Shown one piece after another: positions 23,831 through 36,386 of a DNA stretch of 63,749 nt. The stretch comes from Octopus bimaculoides (taxonomy: Eukaryota), in assembly GCF_001194135.2 (NCBI RefSeq), contig NC_068983.1:154582549-154646297 (forward strand), written 5' to 3'. A program made the position numbers and the translations under genes. The notes under the pieces are model-generated. The model saw only the letters and a program-made list of their open reading frames with translations, was not told where the DNA came from and did not search any database. The stretch's first letter is position 1, and the number at the start of each line of letters is the position of its first letter.

Positions 23831-26084
23831 TACTTTTATAAAATTTCAATTCCTTCCTTATAATATCATGCAGTGACAATTCCATTGATTAGTAAAGCAT
23901 TTAGACCACATTGTACATCCAGTTTTTGTTTCAATTTTTTCTCGTGTGTAAGCAATATTTTATGAATTTTAATTCAAATTTTCTCGTAATTTTTCTCATA
24001 CTAATATGAAGGTCATCTGGAATGAAGGAAGAATCCATTTGTTCAGCAAAGATAGCAGTATGAAAGAAATTAGGAGTCCTTGCTTAGATGTTTTTCTTTC
24101 ACCACAGCAGCACCAGCAAGAAAATCTTCAAGAAGGCCAAGATATTTCTTTTGGTAATGCAGTCTACAAGCTCTCCATCATCTCAGAATTGCGACATACA
24201 CTTGTTTCCACTGGTCACTACCAATTTTATGGTACTCTCCTACCAAATTTACTCTCTTATTTGTCACTCTTCAAATAAGAAAGTTCTATAGTTTTCTACT
24301 ACTTGTTTGCCTTTTAATTCTGGATGGAGGAATGGTTGAGTGACTAAGAATTCCCCTTCACAGCATGAGGTTTAAAGCTCGATTCCGCAATGTAACATCT
24401 GAGGCAAGTGCTTCTAATCATAGACCAATTTCTTAGTCTGAAACAGTATAGATGTTGTCGTCTGATTATATTTGTAATTCAAGTATTCCAGCAGTTTAAT
24501 CAACTGAACTGCCTACTCGTTTCACAAAACCTTGTACTCTTAGGGTAATCGAAGTGCTGGAATAGTCCTTATTTAAAATGACAGAAATCCGTCTCTTACT
24601 GACTTCACACTGCACACATAACAAACTGCCTCCTTCTCTTAAGCTTTACCATTTGCGCTCGACTCGTAACTGCATAAATACATTCGCCAAGTTCAAAATA
24701 TCCTCTGATTAATCAAAACCCCACGCATTTGCTAGAACCACTCTTTCTTTTCATTTGAAAGAGACCTATCTTCGTTTATAGTCTTGGGCAGAAATATATC
24801 TCATAGTAAGAAAAATAAAATCCCTGGCTCAGCTAATTGTTAACTATTCACCTTCACTATAATTCAGGTCGTCGTTAGCAACCATTTTAAAGTCTCTCTA
24901 CTCAGTAACCATGTGTGTGGTTCCTCTGAACACGAAAGCTGCACTCTTTCCTTGGTCAGACTCCTCACAACTTATCTTTCATTCTCTCATCTACCCTGGT
25001 GTTTCTTACCTCCTTGTTTCCACAGTAATTAATTTCCCCATCGCTCTTTTTTATATACCTTTACCATTTACGCCTTCCTTGGGGACGTCGATGTACACAT
25101 TCAGCCGTTCAAATATTCAAAGTGAACAGCATTCGCATCAGTCTCAAATTGGAAAAGGGCTGTAAACAGCTTGGAGAACGCTCTTCATTCACCTCCTCTT
25201 CATCAGTATCCTCATTCACAGACTAACTAATTAAAAGCAATCTCTTTCCTGTTATCTTCTTTGTTTTCGATAAGTAGCCCCTGCGGTCACAAATTCCAAT
25301 AAAAATTCCGGAATCCTTTCAGGAATTTTCTGCTTCCGTATGAATATATTTTTATTCCTTAGCTTGTTAGGAAATTCTTCGATACAGAAATGAAGGTTTT
25401 CTCACGGCAAGTTTTTGGTGAGATTTCTCTTATCTTTTCAACTGCCGGACACATTTCATTCGCTGATAAAGCTCTCTCATTATTTCCAGGGATTATTCTA
25501 AACGGAAGGCCATAAAAAAAGAAAGAATTAGCCATGTTTTATTTTTCGGATATTCTGCTTTTTTTTTTTATTATTTAAAGTGCTTAAAGCTTATGACCTT
25601 CCACGTAGGTGAAAGAACCGTGTGCTCCTTAGAAAATACAAATATTCATTTTCACAAGTGAAACTTAAATAAACAGATACGTGAATCATCTAATTACGTT
25701 AATAAAAGAAAGTATTAAGAAAAACTTAATGAAAACAAAATAACGAGCAAAATCTCTAGAAATATCGAAAAGAAATCAGGATTGTGGTTGAAAATTGGAA
25801 ATTAAGATGGAAAAAAACTAATCCGCTTTTTCTTTTTTAATTCTCAACACAAAATGCAGTGATTACAGTAATTATATAATAACAGGGATCCGTAGCTTGT
25901 TCGGTAATTTTTGCAATTTTAATCAAATTATTTCGCCATGAGATGCTTCGTTGAGTTGTTTGATTGAGTGTACACACTGCACACGTTATACATATATACA
26001 TACATACATGCATACATACATACATACATACATACATATCTGCACATGCACTATCTCAAAATAGTGTACATATGCACATATACA

Positions 26085-26200
26085 TGTAAAAATACCCATT
26101 TGGTGTTCAAATGCCAATGAAGGAGCCTTGGATCTAGATTAGGGAACTAGCTATTTCTCTGTTGACAAGAATTCTTGAAACAAAACTGAATACTGACAAA
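26085..26200 (+). mobile_element. 3' terminus of the (CATA)n-associated R4-like family
   Basis: CCAATGAAGGAGCCTTGGATCTAG...CTTGAAACAAAACTGAATACTGAC is the reverse complement of the repeated unit at 28103-29655. (CATA)n on both sides. Confidence 0.75.
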
Positions 26201-26877
26201 CATACATGTACACATACATACTTACATACATACATACATACATACATACGTGCATACATACATATGTATGTACCTATATATTCTTGTATATATACGTCTN
26301 NNNNNNNNNNNNNNNNNNNNNNNNNNNNNNNNNNNNNNNNNNNNNNNNNNNNNNNNNNNNNNNNNNNNNNNNNNNNNNNNNNNNNNNNNNNNNNNNNNNN
26401 NNNNNNNNNNNNNNNNNNNNNNNNNNNNNNNNNNNNNNNNNNNNNNNNNNNNNNNNNNNNNNNNNNNNNNNNNNNNNNNNNNNNNNNNNNNNNNNNNNNN
26501 NNNNNNNNNNNNNNNNNNNNNNNNNNNNNNNNNNNNNNNNNNNNNNNNNNNNNNNNNNNNNNNNNNNNNNNNNNNNNNNNNNNNNNNNNNNNNNNNNNNN
26601 NNNNNNNNNNNNNNNNNNNNNNNNNNNNNNNNNNNNNNNNNNNNNNNNNNNNNNNNNNNNNNNNNNNNNNNNNNNNNNNNNNNNNNNNNNNNNNNNNNNN
26701 NNNNNNNNNNNNNNNNNNNNNNNNNNNNNNNNNNNNNNNNNNNNNNNNNNNNNNNNNNNNNNNNNNNNNNNNNNNNNNNNNNNNNNNNNNNNNNNNNNNN
26801 NNNNNNNNNNNNNNNNNNNNNNNNNNNNNGTTATCGACTCATCCCCTCCCCCAAAATTGTGGCAAATTTTGAGACCA

Positions 26878-26904
26878 TTCTTCTTCTTCTTCTTCTTCTT
26901 CTTC

Positions 26905-26949
<45 letters not shown>
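26878..26949. repeat. (CTT)n(TTA)n microsatellite
   Basis: Direct reading of the sequence. Confidence 0.95.
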
Positions 26950-26950
<1 letters not shown>

Positions 26951-26954
26951 TGTG

Positions 26955-27125
26955 TGGAGGCGCAATGGCCCAGTGATTAGGGCAGCGGACTCGCGGTCGC
27001 AGGATCGCAGTTTCGATTCCCAGACCGGGCGTTGTGCGTGTTTATTGAGCTGGGGAGAACACATACGCCATAGAAACCGGGAAACCGGGTCCATGAGCCT
27101 GGCTAGGCTTTCAAAGGCGCATAAT
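26955..27125 (+). mobile_element. SINE-A head fused to an unrelated 3' segment
   Basis: The tRNA-like head matches SINE-A up to GTTTATTGAGC (27050), then continues TGGGGAGAACACATACGCCATAGAAACCGGG...AAAGGCGCAT followed by a short (AAT)n-like run. Confidence 0.7.
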
Positions 27126-27146
27126 AAATAAATAATAAGTTATTTA

Positions 27147-27374
27147 GGTGGCTAGCTGGCAGAATCGTTTACACGCAGGGAAGATGTTTAGCGGCACTTT
27201 GTCCGTCTGTTCGTGCTGAGTTCAACTTTCACTGGGTTCGACTTTGCCTTTCATCATTTCGAGGTCGATAAATTAAGTACCAGTCATGTACTGGGGTGGT
27301 GGGTCGATGTAATCGACTAGTCCCCTCTCCACAAATTTCAGGCCATGTGTCTTTAGTAGAAAGGATTATTATTG
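27147..27374 (+). mobile_element. SINE-B copy
   Basis: GGTGGCTAGCTGGCAGAATCGTT (A box) ...GAGTTCAAC (B box) ...GCCTTTCATCATTTCGAGGTCGATAAATTAAGTACCAG...GTAGAAAGGATTATTATT tail. Confidence 0.85.
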
Positions 27375-27431
27375 TTATCATCGATTTCTCCCTCCTCGAA
27401 ATAGTTGGTCCATATACCTATAGTAAACACA

Positions 27432-27482
<51 letters not shown>

Positions 27483-27493
27483 ACTGATGTTGC

Positions 27494-27527
<34 letters not shown>

Positions 27528-27530
27528 GAT
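27432..27530. repeat. (GTT)n microsatellite
   Basis: Direct reading of the sequence. Confidence 0.95.
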
Positions 27531-28027
27531 GGGGTTGCTGCTACTTGTGTTACTGTTGCTGATATTGTTAGTCAAGTAGTTGCAGTGAATCAGAACCTGC
27601 AGTTTCGTGTTAATGCCTTTCTAGTAAGGAATAAAATGTTGATAGCTAGTTTATATTTCGCTCACATTACATGGAGCTTCCAAGTTAAATATCCAAAAAT
27701 ACTGTTGCAGATACAGTACATTCGTATGCAAAAATATATACAACATTTAATATTTCTATTACTTATTTCTTTCCTGTGTGAGTGTGTGTGGGTGTATAAA
27801 CACCTGATCAGAAAATATGTATTATCACATAGGAAATTTACGCGTGTATGTAAAGGATTCCAGATATGAATCTATAGTTTGAATCCATATCTGCAGAGCG
27901 GATGTATGTACACAAATGCTATTATGCGGTTTTCCTGTGGGTAATGGGAGAAAATGCTTACTGTATGCATATTTCTGTGAGTGCATCTGTGCGTGGCTTA
28001 ACAATTAGATGACGAGCCTTCGCAATG

Positions 28028-28083
<56 letters not shown>

Positions 28084-28102
28084 TGTACGTATGTGTGTGT
28101 GT

Positions 28103-28208
28103 CATTAATTCATTATGATTTCAAGACTTCTTGCCAATAGAAAAAAAGACCCGGTTTCTAAACTAGGTCCAAGGCTCTTTCATCGGAATTTCAACATCAG
28201 CAACAGGG
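28103..28208 (-). mobile_element. (CATA)n-associated R4-like family, 3' terminus only
   Basis: ~105-bp terminal unit between (TG)n/(TATG)n tracts; homologous to 28290-28392. Confidence 0.8.
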
Positions 28209-28289
28209 TATGCATGTATGTATGTATGTATGTATGTATGTATGTATGTACGTATGTATGTACGCATGCATGTATGTATGTATGTATGT

Positions 28290-28722
<433 letters not shown>

Positions 28723-28787
28723 ATACAGATACATACAAATATGTAGATATGTATGTATGTATGTATGCATGTATGTATGTATGTATG

Positions 28788-29350
28788 TCATTGTTCAGTT
28801 TTATTTCAAGATTTTGTGCCAATAGAGGAAGAGCCGGTTTCTAACCTAGATCCAAGGCTCCTTCCCTGGAATTTCATACATGCATACATATATATATATA
28901 CATGCGTATATATACATATATATATATATATACATATATACATATATATGCATGTATATATACATATATACATATATACATGTATGCATAATACATAGAT
29001 ACATGCATGCATACATACACACATACATACATACATACATGCATACATACATACATACATACATACATACATACATACATGTATATATGGTATGTTTTAT
29101 GCATGATTTTCATGCATATACTCGTATATCTGGATATGCTCTTATATATTTAAATGATAAACTTCTAGGAAGTTTTACAGATTTTTACAGTTCCAGTAAT
29201 GGTTTGGATCTGTAGTCTTTGAATCAGCCTAATTTCTCAAGATTGGTATTTAGTCAGTGTATTACATATTCCAGTGCCTTCATAATTACAGGTATAAACT
29301 TGAACTTGTAATCTGGAGAGAGTAACTGCAGATTTCCCAGTAGTTCAGCC
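28788..29350 (-). mobile_element. (CATA)n-associated R4-like family, longer 5'-truncated copy
   Basis: AELLGNLQLLSPDYKFKFIPVIMKALEYVIH*LNTNLEKLG / LIQRLQIQTITGTVKICKTS*KFII*, then the 3' UTR and terminal unit ending at 28788. Confidence 0.85.
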
Positions 29351-29586
29351 TGGGAACATGTATATATATGCATGTATGCATGTATGAATGCTTGCACTTA
29401 TGCATGAATGTATATATGCACACGTGTATGAATGCATGCACGTATTTATGCACGTATGTATGCACGCATGTATGTGTGTATTTATGTATATATGTCTGTA
29501 AGAATACATGCGTGCCTGCACGTATGCGTATACGTACATATGTAACTATGTACGTGCGGATGTATGTATGCATATATGTATGTATG

Positions 29587-30676
29587 TCATTATTCATTTT
29601 TATTTCAAGATTGTTTGCCAATAGAGAAAGAGCCGGTTTCTAGTCTAGATCCAAGGTTACTGTTCCACTCACAGATTACACTTGTAATGTACCAATTAGC
29701 CGGTCGATTTCTCTTTGTAAAAATCCCAGTTTATCCAGATTATCCTTTAAGCATTTAAGAACAAAACTTAGTGCCACAATTATTGTTGGTTTGAATATGA
29801 ATTTATAGTCTGGATGTAGATGCTGGAGGTTTCAAAGCAATTGTCCATATATATCCTCTTTTTCTTTGATTTTCAAAGATATATTTATATCTGCAGGGCA
29901 GCTGACTTCTGTGATGGTACATACGTTTGCCCCTCTGTCCCAAGCAACAATATCTGCCCTGTTATGTTTAGATTAGACAGAAATTTTAGTGGGAATATTC
30001 CACCATTATTCTTTGAGTTGCTGTTTATGAATGTATTCCATAACAGAGGGGTTTTCTAAGTTTATTTCAGGACAGTCTTTTTGCGGATGGCATTGTGAAT
30101 TGTTTTAACAACAACATCGTGCCGCATAGGGAGGTAAACAGAAGCATGAGCCTACACATGCGGTTGCGCCTTCGGATTACAAGAGTGTCATTGTCTCTCT
30201 TGTTCACCAGATATTTTTTGGTAGTCTCCTGTTCCTGGATTGCAAACGCATAGCCTTCAAAGTGTGGTGTAGTGGTCTTGTGTCCAAGAGAGACTGCGCT
30301 TCGTGTCGATTCTACTGTCTTCTTCAAGCTTCCAGGTAACATACCCATGCATAGTCATTTTTTTTTATGCTGAGCACATTCTATCCATTTTGGGGCTGTA
30401 TCAGAAATACAGTGCTTTTTGGGGATCGCACTGCCAACTCGTACAATGTTGCTCACTTCACTTTTCAGCACTGCATTTATATATATATTCTTGCTGCTGT
30501 TGTTTAGCAGATGCTGCCTGAGTGATACAATATGGCATTAAAATGACGTCTGCACTGATCTCAGGCTTCTACCACCTTCATTTCTTCTTAGGTACAGCCT
30601 GTCAACATCACTGTTTCTGTGGAAGTTGCAAGTTGCTGTCAGGATTTTGCAGATGGCATTGTAAATTGTTTTAGCG
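29587..30676 (-). mobile_element. R4/Dong-like ORF C-terminal kilobase (post-RT region, zinc knuckle, RLE) joined to the (CATA)n-family terminus
   Basis: Near-continuous frame: KILTATCNFHRNSDVDRLYLRRNEGGRSL...HFEGYAFAIQEQETTKKYL...MCRL...KTIHNAIRKKDCPE...WWNIP...KHNRADIVAWD...CTITEVSCPADINISLKIKEKEDIYG...SVSGTV. This carries the PD-(D/E)xK-type RLE motifs of the R4 clade. Several stops. Confidence 0.9.
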
Positions 30677-30830
30677 ATGTATGCATGCATGTATGTATGT
30701 ATGTATGTATGTATGTATGTATGTATGTATGTATGTGTGCATATGTACCGATTCGTATGTCTTGTTTTTGGTATATATTCTTATGCATATAGTTGCATGT
30801 CTAGACATGCTCATATATACTTAAATGATA
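30677..30830 (-). mobile_element. (CATA)n-associated R4-like family: stop codon, proximal 3' UTR and internal microsatellite
   Basis: Reverse complement ATCATTTAAGTATATATGAGCATGTCTAGACATGCAACTATATGCATAAG matches 28615-28665, then (CATA)n. Confidence 0.7.
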
Positions 30831-31529
30831 TATATTTATGTTTACTGTTGGATGTCTGACTGCGTCTTCTCACTTTAGTCAAAAATTATAAAACGAATAC
30901 CCGCAAAACCATTATGTCCTGATTTATTATCTCATATTGAATGTTTTGTAACATTCATTTGGATCACTTAAGTGCTTGAATTAGATTCAAAATTAATCAC
31001 GTAAAGCAATTATAAAGTTTCCTTTCGCTTTCATTTTCAGGAAACTATTCATTTTTGCTTTCATTACCGGAATTGATGTTTTAAAGTCCATTATATATCA
31101 TATTTGTTAATTTTTTATTTACAGCAGCTACTCTCACTTTTCATATAATGTCTCTACTTTTACACCTGAATCCTAATATCGTTTTTAAAAATATTGACGC
31201 TTTCAGTCTTTTCAAATTTTGTATCACTACTCAATTATAACTCATCAAAATTGTTACTGAATAGTATGGGAATATTTGTTTTATTTAAATGCTTTATTTT
31301 TTCGTTTGTTATTTTTTGAAAATGTAATTTTATTGTAAAATGTCCTCAATCATTTTTCAAATAGTTGTTTTTTACTTTTTTCTTCTAGTCCCTCGGTCAC
31401 TGTGTCACGCTGTTATCTCGTTAAACTTTATGTTACACGAAATAAAGTAGAGACAGTTCTGGGTACTAATGTACATTTGTACTAATGTTCTAAAGTACAT
31501 TTGCAAAATGGGTTTTAATAATCCTGTGT

Positions 31530-31724
31530 ACTCAGGCACAAGGCTTGAAATTTTGAGTGGATGGTACCAGTCGATTTGATCGACCCCAGTACGCAACTGG
31601 TGCTTAATTTATCGAAAGGATGAAAGGTGAAGTCGGTGGAATTTGAAGTTAGAACGAGAAGACGGACGAACTAACGCTAAGCATTTCACCCGGTGTGCTA
31701 ACCGTTCTGCCAGCTTACTACCTT
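31530..31724 (-). mobile_element. SINE-B copy
   Basis: Family consensus on the minus strand. Confidence 0.85.
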
Positions 31725-31955
31725 TAAAAAAACGAGCGGCCTGTGTTTAATAATACCCAAAAATCTATACAATATGTGACATTAAGAGTGAAGCAACAAT
31801 AGTGTAAGTTATGACTAATTCCTGCTTGCTGCTTATACATCTGTCTTCGTCTTTTGTGTCGATGCATTAAGAGCAAACACTACCAATTGAAAGATATGAC
31901 TACTTATTGCTGCCAACCAGTCAGCTATTAAATGCTACTATATAAAGAAATTCAT

Positions 31956-32170
31956 AAGGTGGTGAACTGGCGGAAACGTTAGCGCGCCGGGCGAAATGCT
32001 CAGCGGTATTTGGTCTTTCTTTACGTTCTGAGTTCAAATTCCGCCGAGGTCGACTTTACCGTTTATCATTTCGGGATCGATAGATTAAGTACCAGTTGCA
32101 TACTGGGGTCGATCTAATCGGCTGGACCCCTCCCAAAAAATTTTTGACCTTGTGCCTAGAGTAGAAAAGT
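31956..32170 (+). mobile_element. SINE-B copy, head-to-head with 31530-31724
   Basis: AAGGTGGTGAACTGGCGGAAACGTTAGC...GAGTTCAAATTCCGCCGAGGTCGACTTT...GATCGATAGATTAAGTACCAG...GTAGAAAAG. Confidence 0.88.
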
Positions 32171-32556
32171 ATATATAGGGAGTCCTTTGTTGTAGTGCAG
32201 TTGTTACTTGGCAGACGGATGCAAAAAATGCGGATACTCGGAATACCATCACTATATTTTACCAATGGGTAATTTTGTATATTTTCTTTGTTATATTTGT
32301 TGACTGCGTTTCCACAGTCACTGAAAATGCGCGGCTTTCCACTATGTAAGAGTTCAAACTTGTTCATCAGATAAAATATTTAAAGCAAACATCATATAAG
32401 AAGTAAACTCCGTGCCAACATTTGAAGTGAAGCAACAAGTCTACTATTGTAGTGTATAGCTACTACCACATAAAGAATACGTTTCTAGAATTCGAAGCAA
32501 CTTCTTGCTGGAAATAAGAAATAAATCANNNNNNNNNNATATATATATATATATAT

Positions 32557-32920
32557 ACACATCCAAACGTCAAAGTCACCAGCCCCTATCCACACTTACA
32601 CACTCTCACATACATACACGCACGTGCACCTTCATTTTGGGATCACCAGTACTTTATCTCCCCTTCTTCCTAGCTCTCCTGTCCAACTACCTTTGTCCAA
32701 CCGATCGCCATGACTGACCGCTAAATCTGTAAGTTTTCTTTTTTTTATTCCCCCTCTGTTTATTTCCTTGTGTTCCTTTCTGCTGAAGAGCGTAGGCTCG
32801 AAACGTAAAAGACTATCTCACCTTCCCAAACGTCAAACTAATATACCTGCATGTTATTTATACACCTGTCTTCGTCTTTTGTTGTTTTCTTTTTGTTTTT
32901 GTTTTTTGTAAATTTCAACT
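32557..32920 (+). mobile_element. Short Penelope-like (pLTR-derived) element flanked by (TA)n
   Basis: ~360-bp non-coding unit between two (TA)n runs, containing a minimal hammerhead fold. Its 3' part recurs at ~31815-31855. Confidence 0.55.
32776..32811 (+). ncRNA. Minimal hammerhead ribozyme-like motif (A6C core variant)
   Basis: CTTT-CTGCTGA-A-GAGC-GTAG-GCTC-GAAAC-GTA/AAAG: 4-bp stem I (CTTT/AAAG), 4-bp stem II, palindromic ACGT stem III, GUA cleavage triplet. The core differs from CUGANGA at position 6. Confidence 0.65.
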
Positions 32921-32926
32921 ATATAT

Positions 32927-32960
<34 letters not shown>

Positions 32961-33479
32961 AATGTAGCATGAGAATCACCATAAAAATTAGTAGATTTTG
33001 ATTTTTACACTCAGGTCCCAAAAGATAACTCACACCGCAAATAAATATGTAAAGTTTGAATATGCATGAAAATTGCTCCTAGTTCGAATTTGTAATTAGC
33101 GTTAGGTGCAGACAGATGACAGCAAGAATTGCATGATGGGCATTCAAAAATCACCAGCAATTAGCTTGCCTTGATTATAAGTGATCAGCAGTGTGGAGAA
33201 AGAGAATTGCCTAAAACATCGAAATGACAGGATGAGAATAATTGAGAAATAGATTTTTTTATATTCTTCATTGTCCCTTTGTCTGTGCACATGGAGAAGA
33301 AGGGTGCCAGTTTGAAATTTTTAAAATTCAGTGACTGGAATTATGTCATGCATGAATTTTTACGCATATTACTTTAATGCTTGTAATAAATATTTCGACT
33401 CCATGCAAAACATATCCAGAATTATTGCATCAGTATTCTGTTGTTATGTATGCCATAGAGAGAATAAGAAAACAAAGGT

Positions 33480-33850
33480 TGCTAAACATGTTATACAAAA
33501 AAACTTTGCATGTTGATCTTTGTAATGGCATCCTGTGTGATAAACCAAAAGAAGTGGTAATTTGTGCTTTCTTCTCTATTTCGTTTCGCAGAAAATAGAA
33601 GATACGAGCACAAACAGATGTCATTACCTGTGTCACAACTTCTGGTACGCCATATCACTTCGATACATTTGCCAGAAATCCTACTTCAAAGGATATTAGA
33701 AAGAAAAAGCCTTTCTCGGGAATGTCTGTTTAAGAGCTATGATATTTGTTAAGCAGAGCTTTAAGACAAAACCTCATCAGAATGAACGAAACTTATATAA
33801 AAGTACATTATGCTCGGTTCTACGTGAAGCAATATGTGCACCATAAAGTA
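33480..33850 (+). mobile_element. Possible piggyBac-like transposase C-terminal remnant
   Basis: LYKKTLHVDLCNGILCDK resembles WYKKLFFHLxDxxxxNAYILY, and HLPEI...SREC plus degenerate cysteines resemble the C-terminal cysteine-rich domain. Very degraded. Confidence 0.35.
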
Positions 33851-35039
33851 GCAGGAAATTAGCCTTACTCATAGATCTAATCACATCGCCTTAAGAACAA
33901 ATATCTTCTTCAAATGAATAATAGGCAGATCTCGTGCGCCCTGGAAGTGACCAAAAATTTTGATTTTGCTCTGTGACAAAATCGACGGTTCATGGCTTAT
34001 GTGAACGTTTAAATTCTTCATATATAAAAGAATAAATATAATAGATGTGTCGACTTTTTTTTATCTCAGAAGATGATAAAACTAATGAAGGTGCTCACCC
34101 TTTCTTGCAGGCTAAGAATCCATGTAGAGGCTCCCTCGTTGATGTTCTTATTGTCTGATTTCCCTATTAACAGTCTAAAATGTAACGACCCCAATGATTT
34201 ACTGTTATTATAATGCATACATAAAAAAATAGGTCGAATTTTCACAGTACCTTTTGTTTATTGTTAATAATTTACACACTCAAGAGGTCCCTATTCAATT
34301 TTGTTTACTGACTCACATTTCGAAGTCGATGAAGATTGTTGATTTCGTCATTTATTGCCGTTGGCGTTATGATTGTGGCTAACAAGCATTTCATCATATT
34401 ACATTTATATTTTCCTACTAAAGTTATTATTTAACTAGCAAACAATGACTAAAATAGTTGTACTGATATATCTACGCCCACTACCGCTTTCGTTGTCCCC
34501 GTGTCCATATAAGATTCTTCTCCTGTCCTCAGGTGTGGTATCCCTCTCTTATTGAAATTCTAAGTTAGCTAGATGCATAATATCCCTCTTCAAGCTCTGG
34601 CGTCACACACGTCTCTACTGTTCGTTCTTTCGCAAACCCTGTATGATTGATTCTTGCTTACCAAGAAACTCGATTCAGTCCACGTTTTTACTACATTTCT
34701 CAATCCGTAGGTGCTCGAGTTGAGCGTAAAACAAGGAAATCTATGCAGTTTCCAAGGGTTTGCGCTGATTATAGTCTCAGTTTTTTTTTTACCACCTCAG
34801 TAAATGCCAAAAATGTGTGTTCTTATGTGTCGGGGTATGTGTACATGTACATACGTATGCACCGATAGACTGCATATATACGTACATATTCTTGTATATA
34901 CATACATATGAATGTGTGCTTGCATACACATGTGTGTGAGGGAATAGTGTTTTTAGGAATCTATGCATATACGCGTACATTATTAAGATAGTCACTCCTT
35001 TATTCTCGTTCTTCCACTTTCTCCCTCTCTGGCACACTC

Positions 35040-35100
35040 TAACACTCTCTTCGTCTCTCTCTTTCTGTCTTCTTTTTATCTTTCTCTCTCTGTCTCTCTC

Positions 35101-35148
<48 letters not shown>

Positions 35149-35430
35149 TCATGGACTTTTCATACTTGTCTGTATTTGTATCAACATACGTCAAATGACA
35201 CTCCATCTCACAATTTTCTTCTGTATGTATGCACTATATGCATGTATTGATATATATGTAACTACGTATGTATACGTATCAGTATGGGTGTACATAGAAA
35301 GCATATGTATACACACATACACACACACACACACACATGCATGTTTGTGTGTGTGTGTGTGTGTATGGATAGTTAGGGAGATAGAGGGAGAGAGAGTGTG
35401 TGCATATGTATATATAGATATGTATATATG

Positions 35431-35506
<76 letters not shown>

Positions 35507-35817
35507 CATATGTATGGATATACATACATATGTATGGATATGTATATATATATATATCTACAAATATATAAAAGCAAATGCATCGATATGTACGAGTATG
35601 TACGTATATGTATACATGTATAAATGTATGCATGTATCTATGAATGTATGCATGTATGCATGCATGTAGGCATTTATGTATATATGTATGCTTGCAAGTG
35701 TGTATGCATGTATGCAAATATGTATGTATGCATACATACATGTACGTATGCATGTATGTATGTATTCAAGTATGTATATATACATACACACTCACATATA
35801 CACACGCACACACACAC
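35040..35817. repeat. Compound microsatellite field (CT)n, (CA)n, (TG)n, (TA)n, (TATG)n
   Basis: Direct reading of the sequence. Confidence 0.95.
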
Positions 35818-36353
35818 NNNNNNNNNNNNNNNNNNNNNNNNNNNNNNNNNNNNNNNNNNNNNNNNNNNNNNNNNNNNNNNNNNNNNNNNNNNNGTATGTA
35901 TGTACGTATGTATGTATTCAAGTATGTATATATGACAACTTTAACACACACAGTACAGGTACATACAGAAAACAACAAGTCGAAACCAATCAACAGCTAC
36001 ATAATAGGCTAATGAACACATTATACTCTATGCAGAAATTGCATTTTCGCCGACAACATTTCTAAGTTATCAATGTCTATTTTGTTCTTGTATTTCTATG
36101 CTTGCTTGCTATCTTTCTTCCTTTCCTTTTTTCTTTCCTTCTTTCTTTCATTCTGCTTTTCTTTCGTTCTTCCTTTCCTTCTTTCTTTCAAGGATTTTTT
36201 TTTTCTTCTTTCTATTTTCATAGTTTCAGAAAGAGCTCATTTGTCATCTGATTTAAACTGTTACAAAGAAACTTCTTTGCTATTCTGAAAATGTCAACAC
36301 CCAACCAATATGCTATTTGTACATTGTCTAATTTATTTTTGCTGTTTCTTGGG

Positions 36354-36386
<33 letters not shown>

